Assembly (NCBI GenBank): GCA_943370295.1
Contig: CALRQL020000008.1
Coordinates: 46,865 to 110,864 of the forward strand
DNA: 64,000 bases
Source of the DNA: Agrobacterium sp. 719_389
GTDB taxonomy: Bacteria > Bacteroidota > Bacteroidia > UBA8524
Reading direction: 5' to 3'
Shown piece by piece: positions 45,091-53,620 of this stretch (its first letter is position 1; every line of letters starts with the position of its first letter). The notes beneath the pieces were generated by a model. It was not told where the DNA came from and ran no database searches. It worked only from the letters and a program-made list of their open reading frames with translations. The translations under genes were made by a program, and so were the position numbers.

Positions 45091-46038
45091 ATGCCAAAAA
45101 AAGCCGTTATAGCTGCGCTAACTGCTTCAGTTATTTTATTTGCCGCCTTTTTACCGCAGGCTGAACCAACAGTTCCGCAAACGCCAGAACAATTGGGCGA
45201 AATGCTGTTTAACGATAAAATACTTTCAGGCGATTATACCCTAAGCTGTGCAAGTTGTCATATTCCCCAATTTGCCTTTGCCGATACCGTAAAATTTAGC
45301 AAAGGGGTTGGCGGTAAACTTACTGGACGCAATACGCCAACGGTAATGAATGTACTATCACGGGAATCGTTTTTTTGGGACGGCAGGGTAGCAACGCTGG
45401 AAGAACAAGCTTTGCACCCCATAAGCAATCCCGATGAAATGAACCTGCCTGTTGAAGAAGCTGTGAAGCGGCTGAACAACGACGAGAATTACCGCAATTA
45501 TTTTACGACGATATACGGCCAACTGCCCGACAAGACTACTTTGGGAAAGGCCATTGCTGCTTTTGAAAAAACACTGGAAACTGCTTCGACCCGTTTTGAT
45601 CGCTACATGAACGATGAAGTAATGTTTACCGAAAGCGAAACACGCGGGCAAACGCTGTTTAACAACAAGGCCAAATGTTTTGATTGTCACTTCTCGCCTG
45701 ATTTTACGGGCGATGAGTTCAGAAACATTGGCTTGTTTGATGGTAAACAACTAAACGATTCGGGCAGGTATAAAATCACCCAAAACCCTAAAGATTTAGG
45801 TAAGTTTAAGGTGCCCGGCTTGCGTAATGTGGCAATTACAGCCCCCTATATGCATAACGGGATGTTTAGCACACTTCGAGAGGTGATTGATTATTACGAC
45901 AATCCCGCTGCAACAGTGAAGCATGCCCAAAACCGCGATGAGCTGTTAAGTAAGCCTTTGAACCTTACCGAAGAAGAGAAAAAGGATTTGGAAGCATTTT
46001 TGCTTACCCTTACTGACGATGATTTTATAAAAAAGTAA
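45091..46038 (+). CDS. Di-haem cytochrome c peroxidase (CCP/MauG family)
   Basis: Two CxxCH sites (CASCH, CFDCH), PTVMN, and a signal sequence are present. Confidence 0.85.
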   Translation: MPKKAVIAALTASVILFAAFLPQAEPTVPQTPEQLGEMLFNDKILSGDYTLSCASCHIPQFAFADTVKFSKGVGGKLTGRNTPTVMNVLSRESFFWDGRVATLEEQALHPISNPDEMNLPVEEAVKRLNNDENYRNYFTTIYGQLPDKTTLGKAIAAFEKTLETASTRFDRYMNDEVMFTESETRGQTLFNNKAKCFDCHFSPDFTGDEFRNIGLFDGKQLNDSGRYKITQNPKDLGKFKVPGLRNVAITAPYMHNGMFSTLREVIDYYDNPAATVKHAQNRDELLSKPLNLTEEEKKDLEAFLLTLTDDDFIKK

Positions 46039-46098
46039 GCTTACATAGCAAAACACACCAATGGTATAAGTGTTGTAACTTACTGTAAACGATTGCAT

Positions 46099-46106
46099 TA
46101 TTTTTG
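46099..46106 (+). promoter_or_regulatory. Bacteroidota -7 box for rluD
   Basis: TATTTTTG lies 29 nt upstream of the TTG at 46136. Confidence 0.3.
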
Positions 46107-46135
46107 TAGCACCCTGTGCTAAGTTTTATGGATTT

Positions 46136-47209
46136 TTGAACACACGAATGATAGAGGAAGAAGAGTTTAATTTAGAAGGTTTTATTGAAGACCAGCAAGA
46201 CAGTGAGTTGTACGAACACCACCGTATTGTGGTTGATCCGGGACAATCGTTGCTACGCATTGATAAGTTTTTGATGCATCGGTTGCAGAATGTAAGTCGT
46301 AACAAAATACAATTGGCGGCAATTGCCAACAGTATTTTGGTGAACGACGACCCTGTGAAATCAAACTACAGGGTGAAGCCCTTGGATGTAATTACCGTTG
46401 TGCTGCCCACTCCGCCGAGGGACACGGCCATTTACCCTGAAAATATCCCCTTAACGGTTGTTTATGAGGACGATGATTTGATTATCATCAATAAAAAACC
46501 CGGCATGGTGGTGCACCCCGGCTTTAATAACTACACGGGTACGTTGGTAAATGCTCTGGCCTGGCATTTTGAGGGGCAGAACATCGACCGTAAAGAACCT
46601 ACCCCCTGTTTGGTGCATCGCATTGATAAAAACACCAGCGGGCTTATGGTGGTGGCTAAAAATGAAACCGCAATGGCCGGCCTTGCCCAACAGTTTTTCG
46701 ACCACAGTATAGAACGCACCTACAATGCCCTTGTGTGGGGCGATTTTGAAGAAGACAGCGGCACCATACGCGGCAACTTGGCACGGCACCCCAAAAACCG
46801 TTTAGAAATGACGGTGTTTGAAGACGGCAGCCACGGTAAAGAAGCCGTTACCCACTACCGCGTTTTAGAGCGTTTTCACTACGTTACCCTTGTTGAGTGT
46901 AAGCTTGAAACAGGCCGCACCCACCAAATACGTGCCCATATGCGCTACATAGGTCACCCCATTTTTAACGACGATACCTACGGAGGCGATAAAATTATAA
47001 AAGGCACTACGTTTAGCAAATACAAACAGTTTATTGATAACTGCTTTGAGCTGATACCCCGCCAAGCACTGCACGCAAAAACACTGGGTTTTATACATCC
47101 CGGCACTCAAGAAAAAGTGTTTTTCGACAGCAACCTGCCCGATGATTTTATGAACGTGCTTGATAAATGGCGCAGGTACATTGCCCACAAAAAAGACTTT
47201 GAAGAATAG
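46136..47209 (+). CDS. rluD: 23S rRNA pseudouridine synthase, RluD/RluA family with S4 domain
   Basis: HRIDKNTSGLMVVAK contains the catalytic Asp, and GRTHQIRAH is present. The start is uncertain: TTG at 46136 or ATG at 46148. Confidence 0.8.
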   Translation: MNTRMIEEEEFNLEGFIEDQQDSELYEHHRIVVDPGQSLLRIDKFLMHRLQNVSRNKIQLAAIANSILVNDDPVKSNYRVKPLDVITVVLPTPPRDTAIYPENIPLTVVYEDDDLIIINKKPGMVVHPGFNNYTGTLVNALAWHFEGQNIDRKEPTPCLVHRIDKNTSGLMVVAKNETAMAGLAQQFFDHSIERTYNALVWGDFEEDSGTIRGNLARHPKNRLEMTVFEDGSHGKEAVTHYRVLERFHYVTLVECKLETGRTHQIRAHMRYIGHPIFNDDTYGGDKIIKGTTFSKYKQFIDNCFELIPRQALHAKTLGFIHPGTQEKVFFDSNLPDDFMNVLDKWRRYIAHKKDFEE

Positions 47210-47214
47210 GCCGT

Positions 47215-47830
47215 CCTCAGCTGGACAGCTTTAGTCTTTAATGGCCTCGCGTGGCTTCCCTCGCACTAAGTAGTGTGATGGAGGTGTTTTTGCCTCAAGC
47301 CATCGGGAATAAATCCCGATGCTATTGATAGAGAACTGGCAATCTATCCATAGCGGCAGGTCTGCGTACCTGCTGTTGATTATTCGACCACCCCTAACCC
47401 CTCCTTGCCCTACGCACATACTTCGACAGGCTCAGTATTGATGCCTTGCTAAGGAGGGGAACAGCCGCACAGGCTCACCTGCCCAATAGCAGTGGCAGTT
47501 ACTAAAACTGATTCGGCGTTCAATGGGCAGCGTGTGGTATCCCTCCTAGCTAAGGAGAGACAGAGGGAGCTATGCCAGCACCCCGTCATTCCCAACTTGA
47601 TTGGGAATCTCATGTTTCAATCACCCCAAACTATCGGGAATAAATCCCGATGCTATTGATAGCAGGTTGGGCTCTCTATCCATAGCGGCAAGTCTGCGTA
47701 CCTGCCGCCGAAAATCCCTACCAGATTAATCATTAGCCATTCACCCCTCTCAAAATTTAAAGAGGGGAAACGTTCGTCAGTCGCACAACTATCAATTAGT
47801 CAGGGGTGAGTTAAATAGCGTCAATACCCC
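47215..47830 (+). repeat. Mosaic repeat locus C (~0.6 kb): two cores, one P hairpin and several accessory hairpin modules
   Basis: Cores lie at 47301-47374 and 47632-47708, with P at 47582-47614. CCCTCC...GGAGGG-type hairpins lie near 47255-47290 and 47545-47570. The CCCCTCTC-AAAATTTAA-AGAGGGG hairpin lies near 47745-47770. Confidence 0.9.
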
Positions 47831-47871
47831 CCTAAACCCTACAAAAAACAGACAGGGAATTAACTTACGTA

Positions 47872-48258
47872 TTACGCCTTAGCGGGTTCCCAAAGCTCAA
47901 TTTTATTGCCTTCGGGGTCTATAATCCAGCCGAATTTGCCCACACCGTCCATATTTTCGGTTTGTTCCATTACTTGTACCCCTTCGTCGCGCAAGGTTTG
48001 CAATAGCCAATCAAGGTTTTCAACTCGCAGGTTAAACATAAATGCGTTGGTAGAGGGCTCAAAGTACTTGGTTTCCTGCTTAAACATCGAAAAAACCGTT
48101 GTACCCCTTGTATCAGGCTTGGGGTCTTCGTCCCAAAAAAACACATGGTACCCATTTTCGCCAAACGATAAGCCAAGATGCTTATCATACCAAGCCGCTA
48201 ATGCTTTTGTGTCGCGGGCCTTGAAAAAGGCGCCGCCAATGCCGGTTACTCGTTTCAT
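47872..48258 (-). CDS. VOC-family (glyoxalase/bleomycin-resistance fold) protein
   Basis: 128 aa with the paired beta-alpha-beta-beta-beta pattern and ...DPEGNKIELWEP. Confidence 0.7.
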   Translation of the reverse strand: MKRVTGIGGAFFKARDTKALAAWYDKHLGLSFGENGYHVFFWDEDPKPDTRGTTVFSMFKQETKYFEPSTNAFMFNLRVENLDWLLQTLRDEGVQVMEQTENMDGVGKFGWIIDPEGNKIELWEPAKA

Positions 48259-48369
48259 AGTAAATTAAAATTATGGGGCAATAAAAACCAAATATAGCCG
48301 CACGGCGCATCACCCGAAAGGATGATTTTGATAAAATGAGCAGGATAAACCGATTTTAATAGTAGAGAA

Positions 48370-49599
48370 TTACTCAATATCCGTACTCAGCTTGTAGCGG
48401 CAAATGCGGCCGTTGCCTTTATCGGCCACGTACACAATTTCTTTAAAATAGCTGATGCCGCTGGGCTGGTTAAACTGGAACGGGCCTGCGCCCTTGCCTC
48501 CGAACGAAGCAATAATTTGCTTGCGGGTAGGGAAGTTGGCAGGAGGGTTTACCCCTTCAATTCCTGCGCGGGTAAATTGGTATATCGAGTCTTTTTTGCT
48601 ATCGGCCACAAAAATGTAGCCCGTAGCATCCGTAGCAATGTAAACGTCGGCAGGATTGCCAAAACGGAACGACTGGTATAAGAAACGGTTGCTTTTTGAG
48701 GTGTCAAAGTTTAGCAATGCCGTATTTTCTCCGTAACTGCGCGAACCTAAATCAGGATCGAAAGTTTCCTTAATCCATAGCACCCTAAACTCTACCGAAG
48801 GATTGGTATCGGCTTGGCAAAGTATAAAATCACGGCTTTTATCCATGCCGAACAAGCGTTGTGGCGGAGCTGCAAATCCTGCAATGGCCGATACACCCAA
48901 GCAAGAGCGTAAGCTGGATGTTTGGGGGTTAAGTCCGTTAGTATAACCAATGTTTGCACCGTTGGCGTTAAAAATCAGGATGGTATTATCCGGCCTTGCG
49001 GCTGTATTAAAATCGTTTTTAGGCCCTGTGCGAGAAACGTACAAGGTGTTGTCTTCCAACACCGTTAATCCGGTAAACTTTACGGCCACATCATCTGCCC
49101 CGCGAAATGCTACTTGCTGGCGCGATAAATCAGCAGCGGGATGTATCAAAGTGTCGGTAAAAACAGGATTACCTGCCCCTGAAGGGTTAATAATGTGATA
49201 CACCGCGGCCAAGTCATAATCCTGCCCGCCTATGTTTTGGGTTATCCTGCCGGCCACGTACAAATGCAAGCGGCGATCCATTACCACATCCGTTGCGCCG
49301 GGTATGGCAATTGTGCGGTAACGTGTACCTTTTTGGTCGAGAACGTGTACGCCCATATCGTCCACCACATACACCATTTCATCGTACCCCACATACACAT
49401 CCACAGGATTTACAAAGCCGTTGAAAAATGGCAGCACGGGTACATACCCAACGTTTTGGGGTACTAATTCGGGGTCTATCTTACCTTGCTCAAAAATCTC
49501 ATTGGTGGTATCGTTCTCTTTCTTACCGAAAAAGAAATTACACGACGAGCTTATTACCACGCCGCACAAAAGGGCAATATATAAAGGCTTTTTCACCAT
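48370..49599 (-). CDS. NHL/beta-propeller-repeat lipoprotein
   Basis: Lipobox ISSSC is present with repeated ...VYV.D..N.RI-like blades (IFVADSKKDSIYQF, VYVADKGNGRICRY). Confidence 0.55.
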   Translation of the reverse strand: MVKKPLYIALLCGVVISSSCNFFFGKKENDTTNEIFEQGKIDPELVPQNVGYVPVLPFFNGFVNPVDVYVGYDEMVYVVDDMGVHVLDQKGTRYRTIAIPGATDVVMDRRLHLYVAGRITQNIGGQDYDLAAVYHIINPSGAGNPVFTDTLIHPAADLSRQQVAFRGADDVAVKFTGLTVLEDNTLYVSRTGPKNDFNTAARPDNTILIFNANGANIGYTNGLNPQTSSLRSCLGVSAIAGFAAPPQRLFGMDKSRDFILCQADTNPSVEFRVLWIKETFDPDLGSRSYGENTALLNFDTSKSNRFLYQSFRFGNPADVYIATDATGYIFVADSKKDSIYQFTRAGIEGVNPPANFPTRKQIIASFGGKGAGPFQFNQPSGISYFKEIVYVADKGNGRICRYKLSTDIE

Positions 49600-50598
49600 T
49601 TATTTCAATCGTATTCCCAACGTCAGGCGGTGTACATTGCCCAAGCGGGTTTTATTGTTTAAGCTATAATCAATGCTAAATTTACCAAAGCGGCGGGGCA
49701 GCATATAGCCCACACCAATTGGGGGGAAACCGTCTTCGTCCTGCCCTATTTCATATCCTGTGCGGATAAACAGCATATTCTTAATGCCGTATTCTAGCCC
49801 TAAGGCAAGGGTTTCGTTATTATCAGAAGGATGGTTGAGCTGCAACGAGGTACGCAATACTTGGTTTTTTGCTTTAACAGCATCTATCGAAGCACCTAAT
49901 CGAAACGTTGTAGGTACTGAAAGAGTCTCAAAATTGGTGATTTCCTGCTCACCCGTATTTTTCAATACACTCACTTTTCCGCTGGGTTGCACGTTAATAC
50001 CAAAGTTGGTAAGGGTAACAGCAAAACGCAGGTTGCGTACTTCGCGTATCAGATAATCAAGCCCTAAGTCAAACATTACGTTATTTACCGCAACACCTGC
50101 CATTCCTTCGCGGGCGTATTTACCCGTCATACCAAACGTAAAGTTGCTGGTAAGGATACGGGCATACGAAGCACTAATTACAAAACTTGAGGGTGAAAAC
50201 TTACGCCCCGTCCCAAGCGGCTGATATTCGGTAGTTTCATCCATCTCGCCCGTATTCAGCGACATTACATTAATACCCCAAAAAGCTTGCTGACCGCTGC
50301 GCATGGCAAATGCCCCCCAAGCCATATTAATTCCTGCATAGTAAAGGGTATTTCCTGCTTGTACATGATACTTTGCAGTGTCGATCCGTGAAAGCGCTGC
50401 AGGATTCCAATACAGGGCGCTTAGGTCATCAGATACAGAAACAAAGCTTCCGGCCATGCCTGTGCTGCGGGCATCGGGGGCAATTTTTAAAAATTGCATA
50501 CCGGTGGTGCCGGTGCGCGAATTACCGAACGAGGGCAGCACCTGAGCTTTTAACGAACTGGCTGCTAATGTTGCGAGTATGAGCAATGAAAACCTCAT
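49600..50598 (-). CDS. PorV/PorQ-family T9SS outer-membrane beta-barrel
   Basis: FLKIAPDARSTGMAGSFVSVSDDLSALYWNPAAL is the PorV/PorQ/UPF0164 N-terminal signature. A signal peptide is present. Confidence 0.6.
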   Translation of the reverse strand: MRFSLLILATLAASSLKAQVLPSFGNSRTGTTGMQFLKIAPDARSTGMAGSFVSVSDDLSALYWNPAALSRIDTAKYHVQAGNTLYYAGINMAWGAFAMRSGQQAFWGINVMSLNTGEMDETTEYQPLGTGRKFSPSSFVISASYARILTSNFTFGMTGKYAREGMAGVAVNNVMFDLGLDYLIREVRNLRFAVTLTNFGINVQPSGKVSVLKNTGEQEITNFETLSVPTTFRLGASIDAVKAKNQVLRTSLQLNHPSDNNETLALGLEYGIKNMLFIRTGYEIGQDEDGFPPIGVGYMLPRRFGKFSIDYSLNNKTRLGNVHRLTLGIRLK

Positions 50599-50763
50599 AT
50601 AAAAAGTGTTGCAAATTACTACCTTTTACCTTGTTTGTGATTATGTAGGAGTTAAATTTGATAACAGGAGATTGATAAGTACCAAAAGGGGTCCATATAA
50701 TATGGCTGGGCTTGATTACCCAATACCTGACCCATATCATTTCAAATAAACTAACGCTTGTTG

Positions 50764-50771
50764 TACCTTTG
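50764..50771 (+). promoter_or_regulatory. Bacteroidota -7 box for the FNR gene
   Basis: TACCTTTG lies 24 nt upstream of the ATG at 50796. Confidence 0.35.
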
Positions 50772-50795
50772 CGGCGTTATTTAGAACGATTACAA

Positions 50796-51800
50796 ATGAT
50801 AACGACCGATATATGTATAATAGGCGCGGGTCCTGTGGGCTTGTTCGCTGTTTTTGAAGCCGGCTTGCTGAAGCTTCGCTGCCATGTGATGGATGTTTTG
50901 CCTCAAGTTGGCGGCCAGTTGAGTGAGATTTATCCCAAAAAACCCATTTATGATATCCCCGGTTATCCAAGTATTTTGGCCCAAGACCTGATTGATAACC
51001 TGATGGAGCAAATTGCTCCTTTCCATCCTACTTTTACATTGGGAGAAAGGGTTGAAGAACTTGACAAACAAGAAGACGGCACTTTTATAGTAACTACCAA
51101 CGAGGGAACAAAAGTACACGCCAAAGCAGTTTGTATTGCCGGTGGATTGGGTTGTTTTGAGCCCCGTAAACCCGCACTTGCCAACATTGAACAATTTGAA
51201 GGCAAGGGCATTACTTACATGATAAAAGACCCCGAAACGTACAGGGGCAAAAAGGTAGTTTTGGCAGGTGGCGGAGACAGTGCCTTGGACTGGGCCATTT
51301 ACCTTGCTGATGTAGCTTCTGAACTATCGTTGGTACACCGTAACGAAAGCTTTAGGGGTGCGCCTGATAGTGCCCAAAAAGTGGTTCAACTTGCTCAGGC
51401 GGGTAAAATTAACCTGTACCTAAGCAGTAATATTACTGAATTGAACGGTAACGGCGTATTAAAGAGCCTCACGATACAGGATAAAGATAAAACCAGCTAC
51501 CCTGTTGATATTGATTATTTTATTCCTTTGTTTGGTCTTAGTCCCAAATTGGGGCCTATTGAGGCTTGGGGACTAAATATTGATAAGCAGGCCATTGAGG
51601 TGGACACTGAAAAATTTGAAACTAATGTGCCCGGTGTGTTTGCCATTGGTGATATTAATACTTATCCCGGTAAATTAAAGCTGATACTAAGCGGTTTCCA
51701 TGAGGCGGCCTTAATGTCGCACGGTGCCTTCCGTTACATGAATCCCGGAAAGGTGTTAAACCTTAAATATACTACCGTAAACGGTATTCAATCTTTTTAA
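50796..51800 (+). CDS. Ferredoxin--NADP+ reductase, thioredoxin-reductase-like (YumC type)
   Basis: CIIGAGPVGLFAVFEAG, GGGDSALDWA and AIGDI are present. The start is moved to the ATG after the -7 box. Confidence 0.8.
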   Translation: MITTDICIIGAGPVGLFAVFEAGLLKLRCHVMDVLPQVGGQLSEIYPKKPIYDIPGYPSILAQDLIDNLMEQIAPFHPTFTLGERVEELDKQEDGTFIVTTNEGTKVHAKAVCIAGGLGCFEPRKPALANIEQFEGKGITYMIKDPETYRGKKVVLAGGGDSALDWAIYLADVASELSLVHRNESFRGAPDSAQKVVQLAQAGKINLYLSSNITELNGNGVLKSLTIQDKDKTSYPVDIDYFIPLFGLSPKLGPIEAWGLNIDKQAIEVDTEKFETNVPGVFAIGDINTYPGKLKLILSGFHEAALMSHGAFRYMNPGKVLNLKYTTVNGIQSF

Positions 51801-51812
51801 ATTTTGATTTGA

Positions 51813-51870
51813 TGATTTATAGATTAATTGATTGAACAAAGTAGTTTTGTTGACATTAATTTATAAATCA
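51813..51870. promoter_or_regulatory. 16-bp AT-rich inverted repeat bracketing a -7 box upstream of the ferredoxin gene
   Basis: TGATTTATAGATTAAT (51813-51828) pairs with ATTAATTTATAAATCA (51855-51870) with one mismatch. TAGTTTTG at 51842-51849 lies between the arms. Confidence 0.35.
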
Positions 51871-51898
51871 ACAAGTCGAAAAATCTGTAATTCAATAA

Positions 51899-52222
51899 AT
51901 GAATAGCGAAATAACAGTTTACGTGCTGAACGATAATGGGGAAAAAGAACCCGTTATTGCTCCCACGGATATGGCCCTTAGTTTAATGGAAGTTTTGAAG
52001 GGTAGCGGTTACCCCGTTGAGGCCCGGTGCGGTGGCATGGCACTTTGCGCTACTTGCCATGTAGAGGTACTGAACGATGTGCCCCTCACTCCTGAAAATG
52101 ATGATGAAATGGCCATGCTTGATACAGTGCCCAATATCACCTCTACCAGCCGACTGGGTTGTCAAATAAAAATCACCGAAGAAATGGACGGTTTGGAAGT
52201 CCGTATTTTAGGCGACCAATGA
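51899..52222 (+). CDS. [2Fe-2S] ferredoxin (adrenodoxin/putidaredoxin type)
   Basis: CGGMALCATCHV and the distal LGCQ cysteine are present. Confidence 0.85.
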   Translation: MNSEITVYVLNDNGEKEPVIAPTDMALSLMEVLKGSGYPVEARCGGMALCATCHVEVLNDVPLTPENDDEMAMLDTVPNITSTSRLGCQIKITEEMDGLEVRILGDQ

Positions 52223-52249
52223 TTGTTTAGTTATCAAACATCTTTCAGG

Positions 52250-52525
52250 CATAAAGAAGGGGTCAGGGATGGTCTTTAAAATTGTTTAACTCACCTCCGA
52301 AATTTTCTTAGTCTGAAGCTCACATAGTAGTCCTTCCCACAGGAGAAGGCGACTATTTGAAAGTCGGGCTAATGATTAATCAGGTAGGGGTATTTGGTCG
52401 GCATGTACACAGACCTGCCGCTATGGATAGAGCACCCAACCTGCTATCAATAGCATCGGGATTTATTCCCGATGGTCTTGGAGTAGAAAAGTGAGATTCC
52501 CAACCAAGTTGGGAATGACGGGATG
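52250..52525 (-). repeat. Mosaic repeat locus D (T module, core, P hairpin; inverted orientation)
   Basis: T lies at 52332-52391, core at 52398-52475, and P at 52491-52522. Confidence 0.9.
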
Positions 52526-52551
52526 GAATCTGTGTAAAACAGAAAATAAAA

Positions 52552-52578
52552 ATGGCTCGACGTTTCACGTCGAGCCAT
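52552..52578 (-). terminator. Rho-independent terminator of the epimerase/TDH-like gene
   Basis: ATGGCTCGACG-TTTCA-CGTCGAGCCAT is followed by TTTTTATTTT on the minus strand. Confidence 0.8.
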
Positions 52579-52608
52579 CGTGTAAGTTCATTAAATCGAA
52601 TGTATTGA

Positions 52609-53577
52609 TTAGCCGTTGGCCATCATACGTTTCAGGTTTTCAAGCATATCCTTGGTCATAGCGTCAAGGTCGTACTTAGGTTGCCAACCCCAATCGGCAC
52701 GGGCAACGCTGTCATCAATACTATCGGGCCAGCTGGCGGCAATAGCTTTGCGCACAGGGTCTATATCATAACTCATGGTAAAGCCGGGCATTACCTTCGC
52801 AATGCTGGCGGCAATTTCCTCAGGGTTAAAACTCATACCGGCCACGTTGTAGCTGCTGCGTATGGTAAGTTTATCCGCAGGTGCTTCCATCAAGCTAATG
52901 GTCGCATTTAGCGCATCGGGCATATACAGCATAGGCAAGGTAGAATCTTGCGGTAAGAAGCACGAGAATTTGTTGTGTTTCAATGCCTCGTGGTAAATAT
53001 CAACGGCATAATCCGTAGTACCGCCGCCCGGAGCTGACTTGTAGCCTATCAAACCGGGATAGCGTATGCTACGCACATCTACACCGTACTTTTTAAAATA
53101 ATATTCGCAATAACGCTCGCCTGCCTGCTTGCTGATACCGTAAATGGTATTAGGGTCCATTACGCAGTGTTGAGGGGTATTTACAGCGGGAGTATTAGGA
53201 CCGAAAACAGCAATACTGCTGGGCCAGTATATTTTGCCTGTTTTGTATTCAATAGCGGCATCCAATACATTAAACAAACCGTCCATGTTAAGTTCCCATG
53301 CAAACTTGGGGTGCTTTTCTGCCGTTGCAGAAAGTAGTGCCGCCAAATGGTACACTTGTTTGGGTTTGTATTTGGTAAACAACTCGGCAAGGCGGGGTTT
53401 ATCCAGCACATCCAGCACCTCGTAGGGGCCTGTTTGGGTAAGTACTGCATTCACATCAGCAGCGGGTTTCACATCACTGGCTACTACATTATTGCCGCCG
53501 TGCAACGCACGCAGGGCTTCTACCAGTTCAGTTCCCAATTGGCCTGCTGAGCCTATTACCAAAATTGTATCGTTCAT
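52609..53577 (-). CDS. NAD-dependent epimerase/dehydratase family (L-threonine 3-dehydrogenase-like)
   Basis: ILVIGSAGQLGTEL (GxxGxxG) and YGISK (YxxxK) are present in a 322-aa protein. Confidence 0.7.
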   Translation of the reverse strand: MNDTILVIGSAGQLGTELVEALRALHGGNNVVASDVKPAADVNAVLTQTGPYEVLDVLDKPRLAELFTKYKPKQVYHLAALLSATAEKHPKFAWELNMDGLFNVLDAAIEYKTGKIYWPSSIAVFGPNTPAVNTPQHCVMDPNTIYGISKQAGERYCEYYFKKYGVDVRSIRYPGLIGYKSAPGGGTTDYAVDIYHEALKHNKFSCFLPQDSTLPMLYMPDALNATISLMEAPADKLTIRSSYNVAGMSFNPEEIAASIAKVMPGFTMSYDIDPVRKAIAASWPDSIDDSVARADWGWQPKYDLDAMTKDMLENLKRMMANG

Positions 53578-53620
53578 TATTGTATTGTGTTTTGAGGATG
53601 CGAATTTAAACGGTAGCAGC

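Noticed and set aside
47215-47860. The repeats could be classical MITEs.
   Set aside because: I could not find terminal inverted repeats matching the left (P) and right (T) ends to each other, nor obvious target-site duplications. Module content also varies from locus to locus. A BIME/REP-like mosaic description fits better, although mobilisation by an unseen enzyme is not excluded.
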